Positions 36,427-58,740 of a stretch of 64,000 nt of DNA are shown here, in pieces (positions within the stretch are counted from its first letter, which is position 1; each line of letters begins with the position of its first letter). The notes beneath the pieces are model-generated. The model ran no database searches. It was given only the letters and a program-made list of their open reading frames with translations, and was not told where the DNA came from. Origin of the DNA: Marsupella aquatica (Eukaryota; Plantae; Marchantiophyta). The DNA lies in contig OZ316897.1 of the NCBI GenBank assembly GCA_973895155.1, positions 956,515 through 1,020,514 of the forward strand, given 5' to 3'. Position numbers and translations under genes: made by a program.

Positions 36427-37359
36427 ATGTCGCGGACGCCCATGGCTCCAACAATCCCTCCAGACTCGTGGGACAGCCACATGCACGTCGTCGATCCCAC
36501 ACAATTCCCGCTCGCCCCTGACGCCCGTTACGTTCCTTCTCCGCACACGCTCTCGGACGCGATTGCCTTCGAATCCTCTCTCGGGCTGCGCAATATCGTC
36601 CTCGTGCAGCCATCGATCTATGGCATTGACAACTCCTGCCTGCTCAACGCTCTCCAGAGCCTCGGTCCCCACCGCGGCCGTGGCGTGGTGCAGTTCGATC
36701 CACTCAGCGTGGCGAGGGAGACTCTGGAGGATTGGCATGCGATGGGTGTCCGAGGGGTTCGCCTCAATCTGAAGTCGACTGGACAAGAGGATATGGAGGT
36801 TTCCGTGTTCGAGGAGCTGTTGCACGCGTATGCGACGCGGATCTCGCCATTCGGATGGGTTCTTCAGGTGTACGTGTCTCTCGAAATGGTGGCCTCTCTT
36901 GAGCGGATTGTTCCCCAGCTCGGTGTCACTGTGTGTCTGGATCACTTCGCTCATCCGTCCTTGCCATCTGCAATTCACGAATCCACATCTCCAGTGCTGC
37001 AATCGGCTACTTTTGATTACGATCCCTACGACCTGCCCGGCTTCAGTTCGCTCGTAGCTCTTCTTCGCCAGGGCTCGACCTACGTGAAGGTCTCTGGCGC
37101 CTACAGAATTTCAGCTGATCCAGAGCTGAGAGATTTGGAGCCGGTGGCAGCGGAGTTGCTGCGTGTTGCGGGAGACAAGCGTTTGGTTTTTGCGACAGAT
37201 TGGCCCCATACGAGATTTGAAGGCTTGGACATTCGACCTTTCGTGGAGAAGGTGATGGAGTGGTGTAAGGGAGATGAAGGGCTGATCCAGAGGGTCTTCA
37301 GAGGCAATGCTGAAGATTTGTGGGATGTACGTGGCCACGCAAAAGTGAGTCGTCCATGA
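36427..37359 (+). CDS. Intronless amidohydrolase-2 / LigI-like (2-pyrone-4,6-dicarboxylate lactonase family) TIM-barrel hydrolase, fungal-like
   Basis: WDSHMHV, VLVQPSIYG.DNSCL, GVRGVRLN, LDHFA, YVKVSGAYR, FATDWPHT. Intact ~310-aa ORF, GC-richer than its flanks. Confidence 0.9.
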   Translation: MSRTPMAPTIPPDSWDSHMHVVDPTQFPLAPDARYVPSPHTLSDAIAFESSLGLRNIVLVQPSIYGIDNSCLLNALQSLGPHRGRGVVQFDPLSVARETLEDWHAMGVRGVRLNLKSTGQEDMEVSVFEELLHAYATRISPFGWVLQVYVSLEMVASLERIVPQLGVTVCLDHFAHPSLPSAIHESTSPVLQSATFDYDPYDLPGFSSLVALLRQGSTYVKVSGAYRISADPELRDLEPVAAELLRVAGDKRLVFATDWPHTRFEGLDIRPFVEKVMEWCKGDEGLIQRVFRGNAEDLWDVRGHAKVSRP

Positions 37360-38159
37360 GGGCCAGAGACTTGCAAATTTGTAAATTTTGAGATTGGGCC
37401 TATATTGGAGAACGTGTTTTGAGCGGTGCAAAGGCTACGAGGGGCTGTACATAGAATATGTAGAGCCAATGTGGAGGACATGTGGAATGTTACCAAGCAA
37501 CGAGCAATCTACTGTATGATTTTTATGAATTCGAGCCGGACTTGCACGATGAGAAGTACGAAGATTTCAATCTGCATTCAAATAGCAAGTGCTGTGCTTG
37601 GGAAAATGGTAAGATGCGGTTTGCAGCGAGCTTTAATTTTGCTCAACTGTACGACTGACATGGAGGGCCTACTACCTAATTGGAAAATTCCGCAAATGCT
37701 CGTCTTTCTCAAGTGGAGGGGCCATTGGCCCACCTTGAGTCTCAATTCATTTACAATGAATTGCCCACAAAATTATTATCGTCCCCCGCTGTCATGAGTT
37801 GTTTACTTGGTGTTCGTTCAATGTAGTTTACCTGTTCTACAGCACAGAACATGAAGCTGTTGTTTGCTGACAGTTTCCTCTATCCTTTTCATGCAACAAC
37901 ATGCTACCACAGCCGCCTTGCTGATGAACAAGCTCAATAAGTGTGATTAACTTTTGAGGGGCGCATCAACGGAAAACACTCGTAGGTTGAACAAAATGAG
38001 ACCAGATTTTTGACAAGGAGGCCTCTGCCTACAGAAACGTCGATACACCGTTCAAATTTAACCAAACTAATCGATGCCTTGTCATTGCTAGTCACCGAGA
38101 GAAGGCATCTCATCTCGAGATTGCGGCACCAGTTGGGAAGGGCACACACTCGGTTGGCC

Positions 38160-38800
38160 GACTAAGCCCTAATAAAGCCCCCAAACTGCCGTTTTCTGCT
38201 CAAATCTGAACAAAACACAAGCATTCAAAGCAACCAGGGCATTCTGACACAACCTCCCGAAAAAGCTGTGTTCTTACCACGAAAACCCTATGTTTCGAAG
38301 AAGACATAATTCGTTGATGAAGAACTGGATCAGTCTCACTGACCCAACATGCGCTTGCAGAAAGCTCGGCACCCAGAGTCAAAGTAACACCCATCAGAAT
38401 TTTATAGGGCTATTACTACGAAAACCTATGCTTCGAAACGCTTCGAAGAAGACGTAACTCGTTGATGAAGAACTGGATCAGTCTCACTGACCCAACATGC
38501 CCTTGCAGAAAGCTCGGCACCCGAGGGAAAGTAGCACCCATCAGAATTTTGTAGGGCTATTGCTACGAAAACCCTTTACTTCGAAATGCTTTGAAGAATA
38601 ATTCATAATTCGTTGATGAATGGATCACTCCCACTGACCCAACATGCTCTTCCAAAAAAGCTCGGCATCCAGGGTAGCACACATCAGAAATTTTATTCTT
38701 GAATAATTCGTTGATGATGAATGGATCACTCTCACTGACCCAACAAGCTCTTCCAAAACGCTCGGCATCCAGAGGTAAAGGAGCACACATCAGAAATCTC
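38160..38800. repeat. ~120-150-bp diverged tandem repeat (4-5 units)
   Basis: cgttgatga..ggatca.tctcactgacccaaca.gc....aagctcggca.ccag..catcagaa recurs. Confidence 0.8.
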
Positions 38801-39031
38801 ATTTGACCAGGGCTCAAACTCAAACTAAACTCTAAAAGATGTTATCAGGGTAGGCTGAGTTTCATTTGACCATTGCTTACACTAAAGTAACAAGAAAGGA
38901 TGTTATGAGGGTATTTACTCCTAATAGTAACCAGACCTAGTAACCTTTGAAACTTGACAAAGGATTTATCGTGGTATTTTATCACTCCTAAGAGTAACCA
39001 AACCCAGTAAACTTTGGAGAGTACGAGACTG

Positions 39032-39642
39032 CAGTTGTCTCTCTCTAAGTGTGCACTAAATGGGGGAGCTCTATGTGATAAGTGCAAACCCATACGATTG
39101 TGCACTTATTGATAAGAGTGCATGGTTTACATCTCTTTGTTAAATGTGCTATTATCCTCAGCAAGTGAATAGTCTCATGACTCCCACCCTAAAATTGTAC
39201 ATCCTGGCCCTAAATTAGGTCCCCTACCCTATAAGCGCAATTTCTATAGAACATAAAATGCCATGCACTTATCAGTAAGTGAAATCAGAGGATTGTGCCC
39301 TTACTCATAAGTGTTCATGTATACTCATCACTTATAAAGTTTTCACTTATGAAGCTGTCATTTACAAAGACCCCATAAGTGCAATTTCTATAGAATAGAA
39401 AAGGCCATGCACTTACCAGTAAGTGAAATTAAATGGGATTATGCTTTTACTTGAAAGCGTTTTATACACACTTATAACGGGTTTTCCCTTATAAAGCTGT
39501 CATTGACCCAAAACTTGTCAGGCCTGTTTGCACTTACAAAAGGTGGAAGAAAAGTACAAAACTTAGTGTAAACGGAAAGGGAAGAGAGCCTTGCAGTTAG
39601 CCAGGTTCTGCACTTAAGAAGTGTGCACTTAGAGCGAGACTG
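39032..39642. mobile_element. MITE with imperfect TIRs and TGCACTTA/TAAGTGCA subterminal repeats
   Basis: Left cagttgtctctctctaagtg; right cacttagagcgagactg; internal ~145-bp duplication. Confidence 0.55.
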
Positions 39643-40013
39643 CTTTCCTACGAAGAGAATGAGTGTTTTGTGAAGTGTTTCTGATCACGTCATAGAAAAT
39701 TTCGAGTCTCGTGGAAATCGCTGCTAAATCTCTGCGCAATCGATCTTTTCACTCGTTGGATGGTGATGATCATGTGGCGGATTGATCGAAGCTTGGATTG
39801 AAAGAGGCAAAAACGAAATGCAGGAAGATTGTTTTTATGACAGACGGGAGATGGAGGCGGGCGGACGGCCATCAGGTTGAATGTGCGCAATTGCGGAGAG
39901 TCCAACTGTTGTTTGTCATTGATTTGGCCCGATGACGGCAGAGACGAATGGACTGCGGGGGATGAATGTATGTTGAGGTGTGAGCTCCAATTAGAGAAAC
40001 AGCAGGCTGAGAG

Positions 40014-42869
40014 ATGGAGTGGAACAAGCAGAAACCCGTCGGAGGGTCAAAGTACGGGCTGCAGTTGAAGATCTCAGCTAAGAAGCCACAGCTAAAGAAA
40101 CCGGTTCCGTTTTCGCTCGACGATGGCGAGGAGTACACTGTTGAGGATGATATTGCGCGACAGGCCTCGAAGAAAAAGTCTGCGCATGAGGTATGCACAC
40201 TCTGTTTGCTGTGTGAAATGCCTCTTGTCTCTTGAACCGACGTTCTGTTTCCGAAGTCCAACGATTTCTAATCGTGGAAGCATGGTGGCTTTGTACTCGT
40301 TGTTTCTCTGATGGCGGTAATCTTGCAAACCCATGTTGGGAAGAGAAGATTTTGATTGTAATAGTGTGTGGGCATGTAACAAGGTTTTCGCCTCTTGGCG
40401 TTTCTCTTGGAAGGTTTTCATAGAAACCCTAATTAACAGCCCAATCAGGGGACTTTGTTGTATAACGCTTGGACAACCACAGTCCTCAATGTATCTACTC
40501 TATTCAAGACCAGACGATAAACTCTAATTTTCTTTCCACTGGAAGGGCCACGTTCTATACGTCATTCATTATGCAGCAGTCATTTAGAAGACCACTCCAA
40601 CTCGATCGACACATATTCTTTGTATTCATCATATGTTTTAAACGCTAATTCGCAAATGGTGCACTATGTTTGTCATTCTGCATGGTTGTTGGCAAGGATA
40701 CTGCTCTGGACCCTAGTGAGCTACTTTTCATATTAGTGAAGTGTTTCAGAGTTCTGCTAAAGGAACTAATGTCCTGTTAGGTTACTGAATTCAAAATCTA
40801 TAGGAGTCCCCGACATGCTAAATCTGTCGGAAGTCTTACTACTAAACCCTAATGCATAATTAGCCACATATCGATGCTCTGAATCGTCCGTCCTTCGGAC
40901 CCCTAGCTGATTAAGCCTAATTCATTCACTGTAGGTCTTGCTGATAAGCTCATTTCAAGTTGTTTGATACATATAAGTATTCGTCGTATGCGTTATTCTA
41001 AGTCCCCCAGAGGTTCAAATCCGGGGTGAGCCAGACACACTAAGTTCTTTAAGCTTTCCATTCTGCAGTGGTCTTTCACACAATGTAGGTTAATCAGTTG
41101 CGATAAGCCTCGATGATGACAGTGAATTGTCATTGATGTCCTAATTCCTGAGCCATTGCGTTCTGTCCAATTCACAATACATTGAAAACGTACTGATTCA
41201 CAAGGAATGGATTGGAACAGGTGGATGTACAAATCAAGCAGGCACTAGAGCAGGATGCAAGTGCCTTTGATTATGATGGAGTTTACGATCAAATGAAGGG
41301 CCAGCAAGCGCAGCCCATTCGAGAGGATCGAGCAAAACGAGAGGTATGCATTTGTCCATTGAAACTATCCTGTACTTCGTACTGTGATGGCTGATGCTAC
41401 CGTCTTCTGCGTAAGCAGCCAAAATTCTGTGTGGGTCTTTCTCAGTGCATGTTTCTACCACCAGCATCGAATCGCTACGATTCGTTTGTGCAGCGGTGCT
41501 TGGGTAAATTATAATCACTTGTATTCCTGGTTTGGTGGTTGGTACGGTCTTCACTAGTTATGATGTTTGCTGTCAACTTGACGATCTTTTTTAGTTTTCC
41601 GTCTCTATATTTCTGATGTGTAATGTCTGTCTGTCTGTGGTCCTCTGCTTGCAGCCTAAATACATAAAAAAGCTGATCGATAAAGCTAAGGTGCGGCAAG
41701 TTGAGCAAGATATGGCGTACGAACGTCGGCTTGCAAAAGAGCGTGAGAAGGAAGATCATTTGTACGGGGATAAGGATAAATTTGTGACGGGTGCATACAA
41801 GAAAAAACTGATAGAGATGGGCAAGTGGAAGGAGGAAGAACGCTTACGAGAGCTTCGTGAACAAGCTCATGAGGTACTTTCTCACCGCCCTTTTGCAACA
41901 GACCCTGCCTCCTATTTCCTTTGCTCAACTGGCGCTCCATCCAACACCTTGCAAATACTAGTAAGAAATTATCTCCTAGGCTGCACCTAGAAATGTTCTC
42001 CCATCATAGCTGGACCATTTCATGCTGTTAGGTGTTGAAAATATCTATTAAGAGGTTTGTTATTTTGACCACTGACAAATACTGTTATGTTATTCAAATG
42101 ATAGCATCTGTAGAGAGGAAAGATTCCATACTTAGTATTATATATGTCCTACCCAGTAGACATCTTTGATTAGCTTTGGGTGGGCATTGATTTGTTCCGT
42201 CGCGTCGCAGCTTTTGGGTCTCACTAGTCCGGTGGAAGTGTCTGCTAGAAGCTGTCTTTCCGGGGCGGTAATGTTTATCAAAAGTGGAACGGGAAAGGAG
42301 TTAATCGGCAGAATATTTACGAACAGATTTTCTGACGAGCATTGGAGCGTTGGTTAATGTATCCACTGTGGTGAGTTTCTTTGCAGGTTTCTGGAAAGAA
42401 AGATTTGAGTGATTTTTATCGTAACTTGCTCAAGAACAACGTAGCCTTCGGAGCTGGAAAGGACATGGATCTGCGTAGTCATCCAGAAGAGACTCCAGCA
42501 GCTGTGTCAGAAACTTTATCTGAACTCCACCAGGAAAAGGAAACCTCTAATGACTTTGACAAACGAAGTAACACAGCGCAAAGAAGACACAGAGGCCAGC
42601 AAGAGGACTCAGAGTCTACATCTCCGTTAGCATCCCCTGAAAGCAAGCCAAACATTGATCAGTTGGCTGTAGAACACCCGGACAAAGTATCCGATAGCAG
42701 ACTCCACACCAACCTTCTACCGGGGGAAAACCAAAATTCGCCCACAGACCCTCCTAAGGTCGATGGACTTCCACGCAATGCACCTGCTGGTGATCGGAAA
42801 TCTAAGGAGGATGCCGTGGCTGCTGCTAGGGATAGGTATTTGGCACGGAAGAGACAACGAAATGACTAG
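40014..42869 (+). CDS. Nuclear speckle splicing regulatory protein 1 (NSRP1/CCDC55)-like, 4 exons (40014-40190, 41221-41343, 41655-41873, 42387-42869), 333 aa
   Basis: KYGLQL, ALEQDASAFDYDGVYDQMK, PKYIKKL..KAKVR...YERRLAKEREKEDHLYGDKDKFVTGAYKKKL, DLSDFYRNLL, AVAAARDRYLARK; phase-0 GT-AG introns. Confidence 0.9.
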
Positions 42870-43011
42870 TCTCATTGCGAGTGTACAGGACATCAATACT
42901 TCAATTCTCGTTGTGAATCCTCACAACTTTTCTTTCGCGCTCTGACGGAGCTGTATGTACTATGAATTCGTGTTTAAGAGTTTCTTGTTGCTTACTCATA
43001 GCCCTGAAATT

Positions 43012-43237
43012 TCTGAACAATACTGAGTCCTGCAACAATCGAACACAGAAAATGCACATTCAAAGTCACAGTCATACTTATGAGAATTACCAATGAGCCT
43101 TTTGAAAATTGAACTGAATCAATTTTGAGAGAAGTTTACCATATCGAGGTATGTTTTAAGCAGTTGTCAGTTGGGAAGCAAAAGGCGGCCAGGACTCCAA
43201 AAGTAGAAGGCTCCTTACTTGAGGAATAATGGACAGT
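43012..43237 (-). pseudogene. Orphan diverged copy of one ABCC intron plus short exon flanks (paralogous to 47108-47342)
   Basis: tctgaaca.tactg.gtcctgc...gaacacagaaaatgc.cattcaaagtcacag...gcggccaggactc.aaaagtag.aggctccttacttgaggaat.atgga occurs at both sites. Confidence 0.85.
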
Positions 43238-43733
43238 CCTCCTTCGAAGTAATGGTTGTTTGTCTGAATGGCTGAGCTGGGTACAACTTGAATGGAAAGA
43301 CGTCCACTATTGCATTTGCTTTCTTGCATGCAAATATCCAGTCCCATGTTACAATGTGACTGCTAAAACTGATATTCTAAGAGAAAATCCCTCCATTCAA
43401 AGTAACGGTCCACTGTGTCCCAATCTTTCGCGACAATGTGAGTGGTCTGTGCAGACAAAATGTTTCTCCCATAGGCCACCACCAAGGGCCAGTGCATGGA
43501 CACACTGGTGAAAGATCCTATCCACCTTCCCATCACTACTCAGAAAAATGGCACAAACTGACTCCCTCAAACAAGTTAGCCATTGTGTAAATAGGGCAGA
43601 CCTGCTTCCACTAGCATGAAGAATGACTGCATGCAGGTCTTCTCTTCGTGCTTTATGGACCTAGAGTTGTGTCAAATACGACGTCAAAAGCAGAGCTAGT
43701 TAATATGTTTACTGACACATTAATTACAATACA

Positions 43734-44086
43734 CACTAGGACGTAGTGCAATCTTGCGACGCCCAGGGGACCTTAAATTAGCCCACCCACAAAGATGTTA
43801 AGTTGCCTCGTTTGAGACCATGTTCATCTTCATTACATCCTAACACAAGACGTAACATTACCTTGTCATATACGACATAAAATGTATGTTGTGCCAGGAG
43901 ACGTGAATGTATTGGACGACGTGCTAGGCACCCTTACGTTACGTGGTGACGTCCTGGAAGACGTTAACTTGGAAAATGACGTTTGCATATGTAGTTGTGA
44001 AACCCTCCTTAACACAAGAGTGACACTCTATGAAAGATAGGATTCCATAATGTTTTGCAATTAAAATTTCCTTTAGTTCTGTAGTG
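43734..44086. mobile_element. Possible small CACTA-derived element
   Basis: Begins CACTA and ends TAGTG; many GACGT subterminal motifs; flanks aca/gca match 2 of 3. Confidence 0.3.
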
Positions 44087-45753
44087 GCAAAATTAATACA
44101 CTAGCTCTTTTCCAACTGTGCCCCTAATCTAGTAACAAGAGCAATGCTTGATGAAAATCAACATTTTCACCCTAGTTTCCTTGGTGTGAATTGTTCCATT
44201 CAATTTGGTTCATGAGGCATTATGTTGCTTGCTTCCTTTTTCTTTGGGATTTTACTGGTCTGTTGAGTATTGCTGTTAGTCTTTGACTCTAAGGCTAAGC
44301 GTAGTTAGGCTAACTCAGGTTAGGACTTAACTGAGGTTAGTAGTGATGCATGTTGTATATAACCAGGGCTGATGCCAGCCCCTAGTGGATCTTCAGTTCA
44401 TTGTTGGAGTGGAGCAAGAGAGAAGTAAAGGTCTTTTGCATTCCCGTGGACGTAGCCTCAATCATGAGGTGAATCACGTACTTGCTGTGTTGACTACTTT
44501 GTATGGTGTTCACATGTGCATGGTGTCTCGGGATAAGGATTATCCCAACACGGTCCATTATAAATAATATCCATGAAGAAAATATAATTTTTTTACATAA
44601 ATGAAAAACTACTTGAGGTGCTATGAGTAAAATGCAAAGTGCTCAGTACATCCACACATAGTTTCATTCACCATAAAAGGCTAGATAAACTTAAGGTGCA
44701 AAGTGTAAAATTATAATATGATCTCCAAGGGGCAGATTTATTTTCCAAAATTATTTAAGTTTTTAAGAATAACAAGATAAAATTTTATGAGCTTCCAATA
44801 ATAATAATAAGGGATACAAGGGGTGGGGTGTACGCACTTATACCCCTTTAGGTTACAAAAGGAGAGGACCCTAGCCAGGAGGGAAGGATCCAGAGTCTTT
44901 GAATATATACCCATTACTTGAATATAAAGAGAGAAGAGGAGAAAAAACAAACCTTGCAGAATTTTTTTTCCATGCTGTTACTTATTCATCGTTGCCCCCA
45001 GGCATCCCAGTCTTAGAGCCTTCAAAACATTGCGTGCGATGGATGCCCCCATATAGTGAGACACTCAAGTCCTGACAAGAGTCTCAATGCTCTGGCAATG
45101 AAACTTTGAAATTCAAATTTGTTTATCAATTTGTAAACACTTGTAAGTCCACCCTTCACATTGCCTTTGGGCTCTTGTCTCCCCGTTTGGCATTCTTGCC
45201 CTGGCTTAGGCTCTATGATATATATACATTGCAAGTGGTATATGGCTGCACCCTCACTTTCACTCATGCCCTCGTTTAGAGTAATGGCCTATAGGCTTCA
45301 CTCTAGAAGGGCCTGAGGAGTAGCTTTTGATTGGGCTCTACTAGTTAGATGGGAGTACAAAAAGACACATTCTCCAACCTGTTTATTTTGTTTTTGTTTT
45401 GAATGCAAGCTTTAGTGACCAGTAAACGACACTGATCGCAACACCCAACAAATCTAAAGAATTGACATATAGAACAAGGTCGACCACACTCCGATGAAAA
45501 GCAGCCAACCTCAAGACAGGCTGTGTCGGTTTTCAAGACCTCCAGTCTATGTGTAACAAAACTTTCAGGGAACTATCTATCCATAAGAGCATTATTCCAT
45601 GTGAGACCACCCCGAATGCTCCAAGATCATCGGAGCATACCATCACAAGTTTTCCTCGATCAATGAGCCCTGCTAAACTTTTTATTGCCCTGTATCCTTG
45701 TCTACTTGAGTTGATGCACCATGGAGTGAATGGAATTGTAAAGAACCAACTTC

Positions 45754-56311
<10,558 letters not shown>

Positions 56312-58079
56312 ATTTGCTCAGCTCGATCGATCAGAGCCAACTTGAACAAAGTACATATACAGTCTTTGCACTTCAGGAGTCATATATGAGTAGCTTTGCA
56401 CTTCAGGAGTTATACACGTTCAATTGAATTGCACAGAATTAGCTCAGAGACTTCCTTTCCCTTAATCCTCGTCTCCTATTAATTGGCTGACTGTGCTCCA
56501 TCCCGGAAGTGGCCAACATCTGTAACTGTGGGCGTGATCGACAAAGTAATCTACAGCTGCACAGTCATTCATTAGAGGAAGTAATTTATAATCTTGGACA
56601 GCTGCTGCTGGAAATATTGGTAGCTGAGATGCGACTTACCTCTACTGAATGCAGATTGACCCATGATTTCTCATAGTCTGGAACCTAGTACAGCAAACTA
56701 GTCAACGCGTCCTACGAGCCATAATTCTGGTGCATCACAGAATGAATATGCTTATCCACTGTGGCATCGGACACAGCGTTGTCACTCGTGCCGTTGGAAA
56801 CGATGATCATGTTTGTTATCCTAGCCAAAAATATTTGGAAATCTGTAGTGTGCGGTACGTCGATGATGTGGCATGGAAGTGTCATCCCAAAATATGTTTA
56901 CACCAGGTATATACTTGGCATCGGAGATAGTGAGGTTTTCTTAGTATCCCAATTTTAGTATGCTGATAGGTTTCTATCGAAACGTTACCAACAAGCATTT
57001 GTTTACCTTTACTCCTGCATGATTGTACATACCACACTCCATAGTCAACGTAATGCTTTCTACCATTCAGAAATTTCGTACAGATATGCTTCAATCTTAG
57101 GCTAAACCCCTAAAAAACTGAACTAAAATCCAATCCTTGGAATGAAACAAACGGGCCGATACAAGTGTTAGATACAAGTGTTAAAGACAAGGTGATGGAC
57201 TTACAAACCCAAACATTAACTTTACTCCCATAACACTTTATAGATGGCTTTTCAGACTGGTTTGCTCTTGCTTTGTTATTATATAGTTTGAGTGTTTCCA
57301 TGCAAGTCTCCGAAGCCAACCTTTTTGTCTATATATGGGGAATTCCATTTGTCATACAACGAATGTTGCGACCCCATCATTGTCACCTTCATGCCGCTAA
57401 TACTTACAAACTGTCTCTTACTATCAATTCAATTCTGTGGCATCGGAAGTAGTGTTGCCCCAATACCGTGTGGCCGTATAGTGTGGGCCACACTATTTAC
57501 CCACCCGTTTAATTACAACTGACTATCTATAATAGCTAGACATTAGAAAAGAAATGATAATTAGAAGAACAAAAGTTAAAGTATTAACTCCTAGAATATA
57601 TACAAGGTTGTGCCAATTTTTACAGTGGACGTCATTCAAATTTGCAGGGCACAAAAATAAGAAATCTGGTAGAAGGAAGGAATAAAGACAAAATAAATTT
57701 AATTTAGTGTGAATAAAAAATGGTCACACCAATGTCCAATTAGGAGGGAATCAAATGGGATATAAGCAAACAAAAAAAAGGGACGTCACTTACACAATTG
57801 CCCAAGGATCATGGCGGATCCTCTCTCCATGATCTAATGAATATTGTACATATTCAATAAGGTGTACATACTAAATAGAGTAAGATAATGCATAGTTTAG
57901 TGTAATATATATTGGTAGGATTTAAATTTCACATACTATTTCAGTCAAGAGGGAATTACATACACTAATAAAATAAAATATGTTCTCCCAATATTTTGGA
58001 TGATTTTTACATTCATTTTTGGTGCCATTTTTACTGCCAAAAAAACAAAAGTTATAAGGTCCAAAGCCATAGTAAAGAT

Positions 58080-58740
58080 CATGACACTGGCGTTGATGGC
58101 AAGGTGTCGGGCAAGGGACACACTTTCACTTGATGACATCTTTTTACTTCACAATCTCTTTCACATAACGACCCATTTGGCATCACATCACCCTTTTACT
58201 CGATGACATTATTTTATTCATGACATCTTTCACATAGTGACATCTTTGGCAAAATGACTTTTTTGTTAACGACAATTTTTTACTTGACGACAACTTTGTA
58301 CTTGATGACAACTTTGTACGTACTTGACAACATGTTTAATTAACAAAATGACTTTTTTTTCCTTAACAACATTTTTTTACTTGACACCGTCTTTCACAAT
58401 AACTACAAGACAGTCATCTTTGGCAAAACAATTTTATTGTTAGTAACGACATGCTTTTACTTCACAAGTCCATCTTTCACAAAATCTTGGGCGACACGAC
58501 ATCTTTTGGACAACGCAGGGGTATTGAGCTATTTGTATTTAACAACCATTGTTATACTTAATGACAGAAACCCTTGGCATAACGACATCATTGGCAACAC
58601 GACCTCTATTTCTTCCGCAACCTTTTGGCCGAGATGACATCTTTTGTTCTCAATGATATCTTGGGCGACACAACACCCTCGGACGACACCTTTGTTCTCA
58701 ATGACCTCTTGGACAACACGACATCTTTTGTTCTCTACCC
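58080..58740. repeat. Degenerate GACA(TC/AC)TTT motif array, TE-subterminal-like
   Basis: Repeated (t/c)gac(a/g)(t/a)cttt(t)(g/a) motifs. Confidence 0.45.

Noticed and set aside
36230-37496. Antisense ORFs overlapping the amidohydrolase (e.g. 36262-37002, 246 aa)
   Set aside because: Shadow ORFs of a GC-rich coding strand, with no recognisable motifs.
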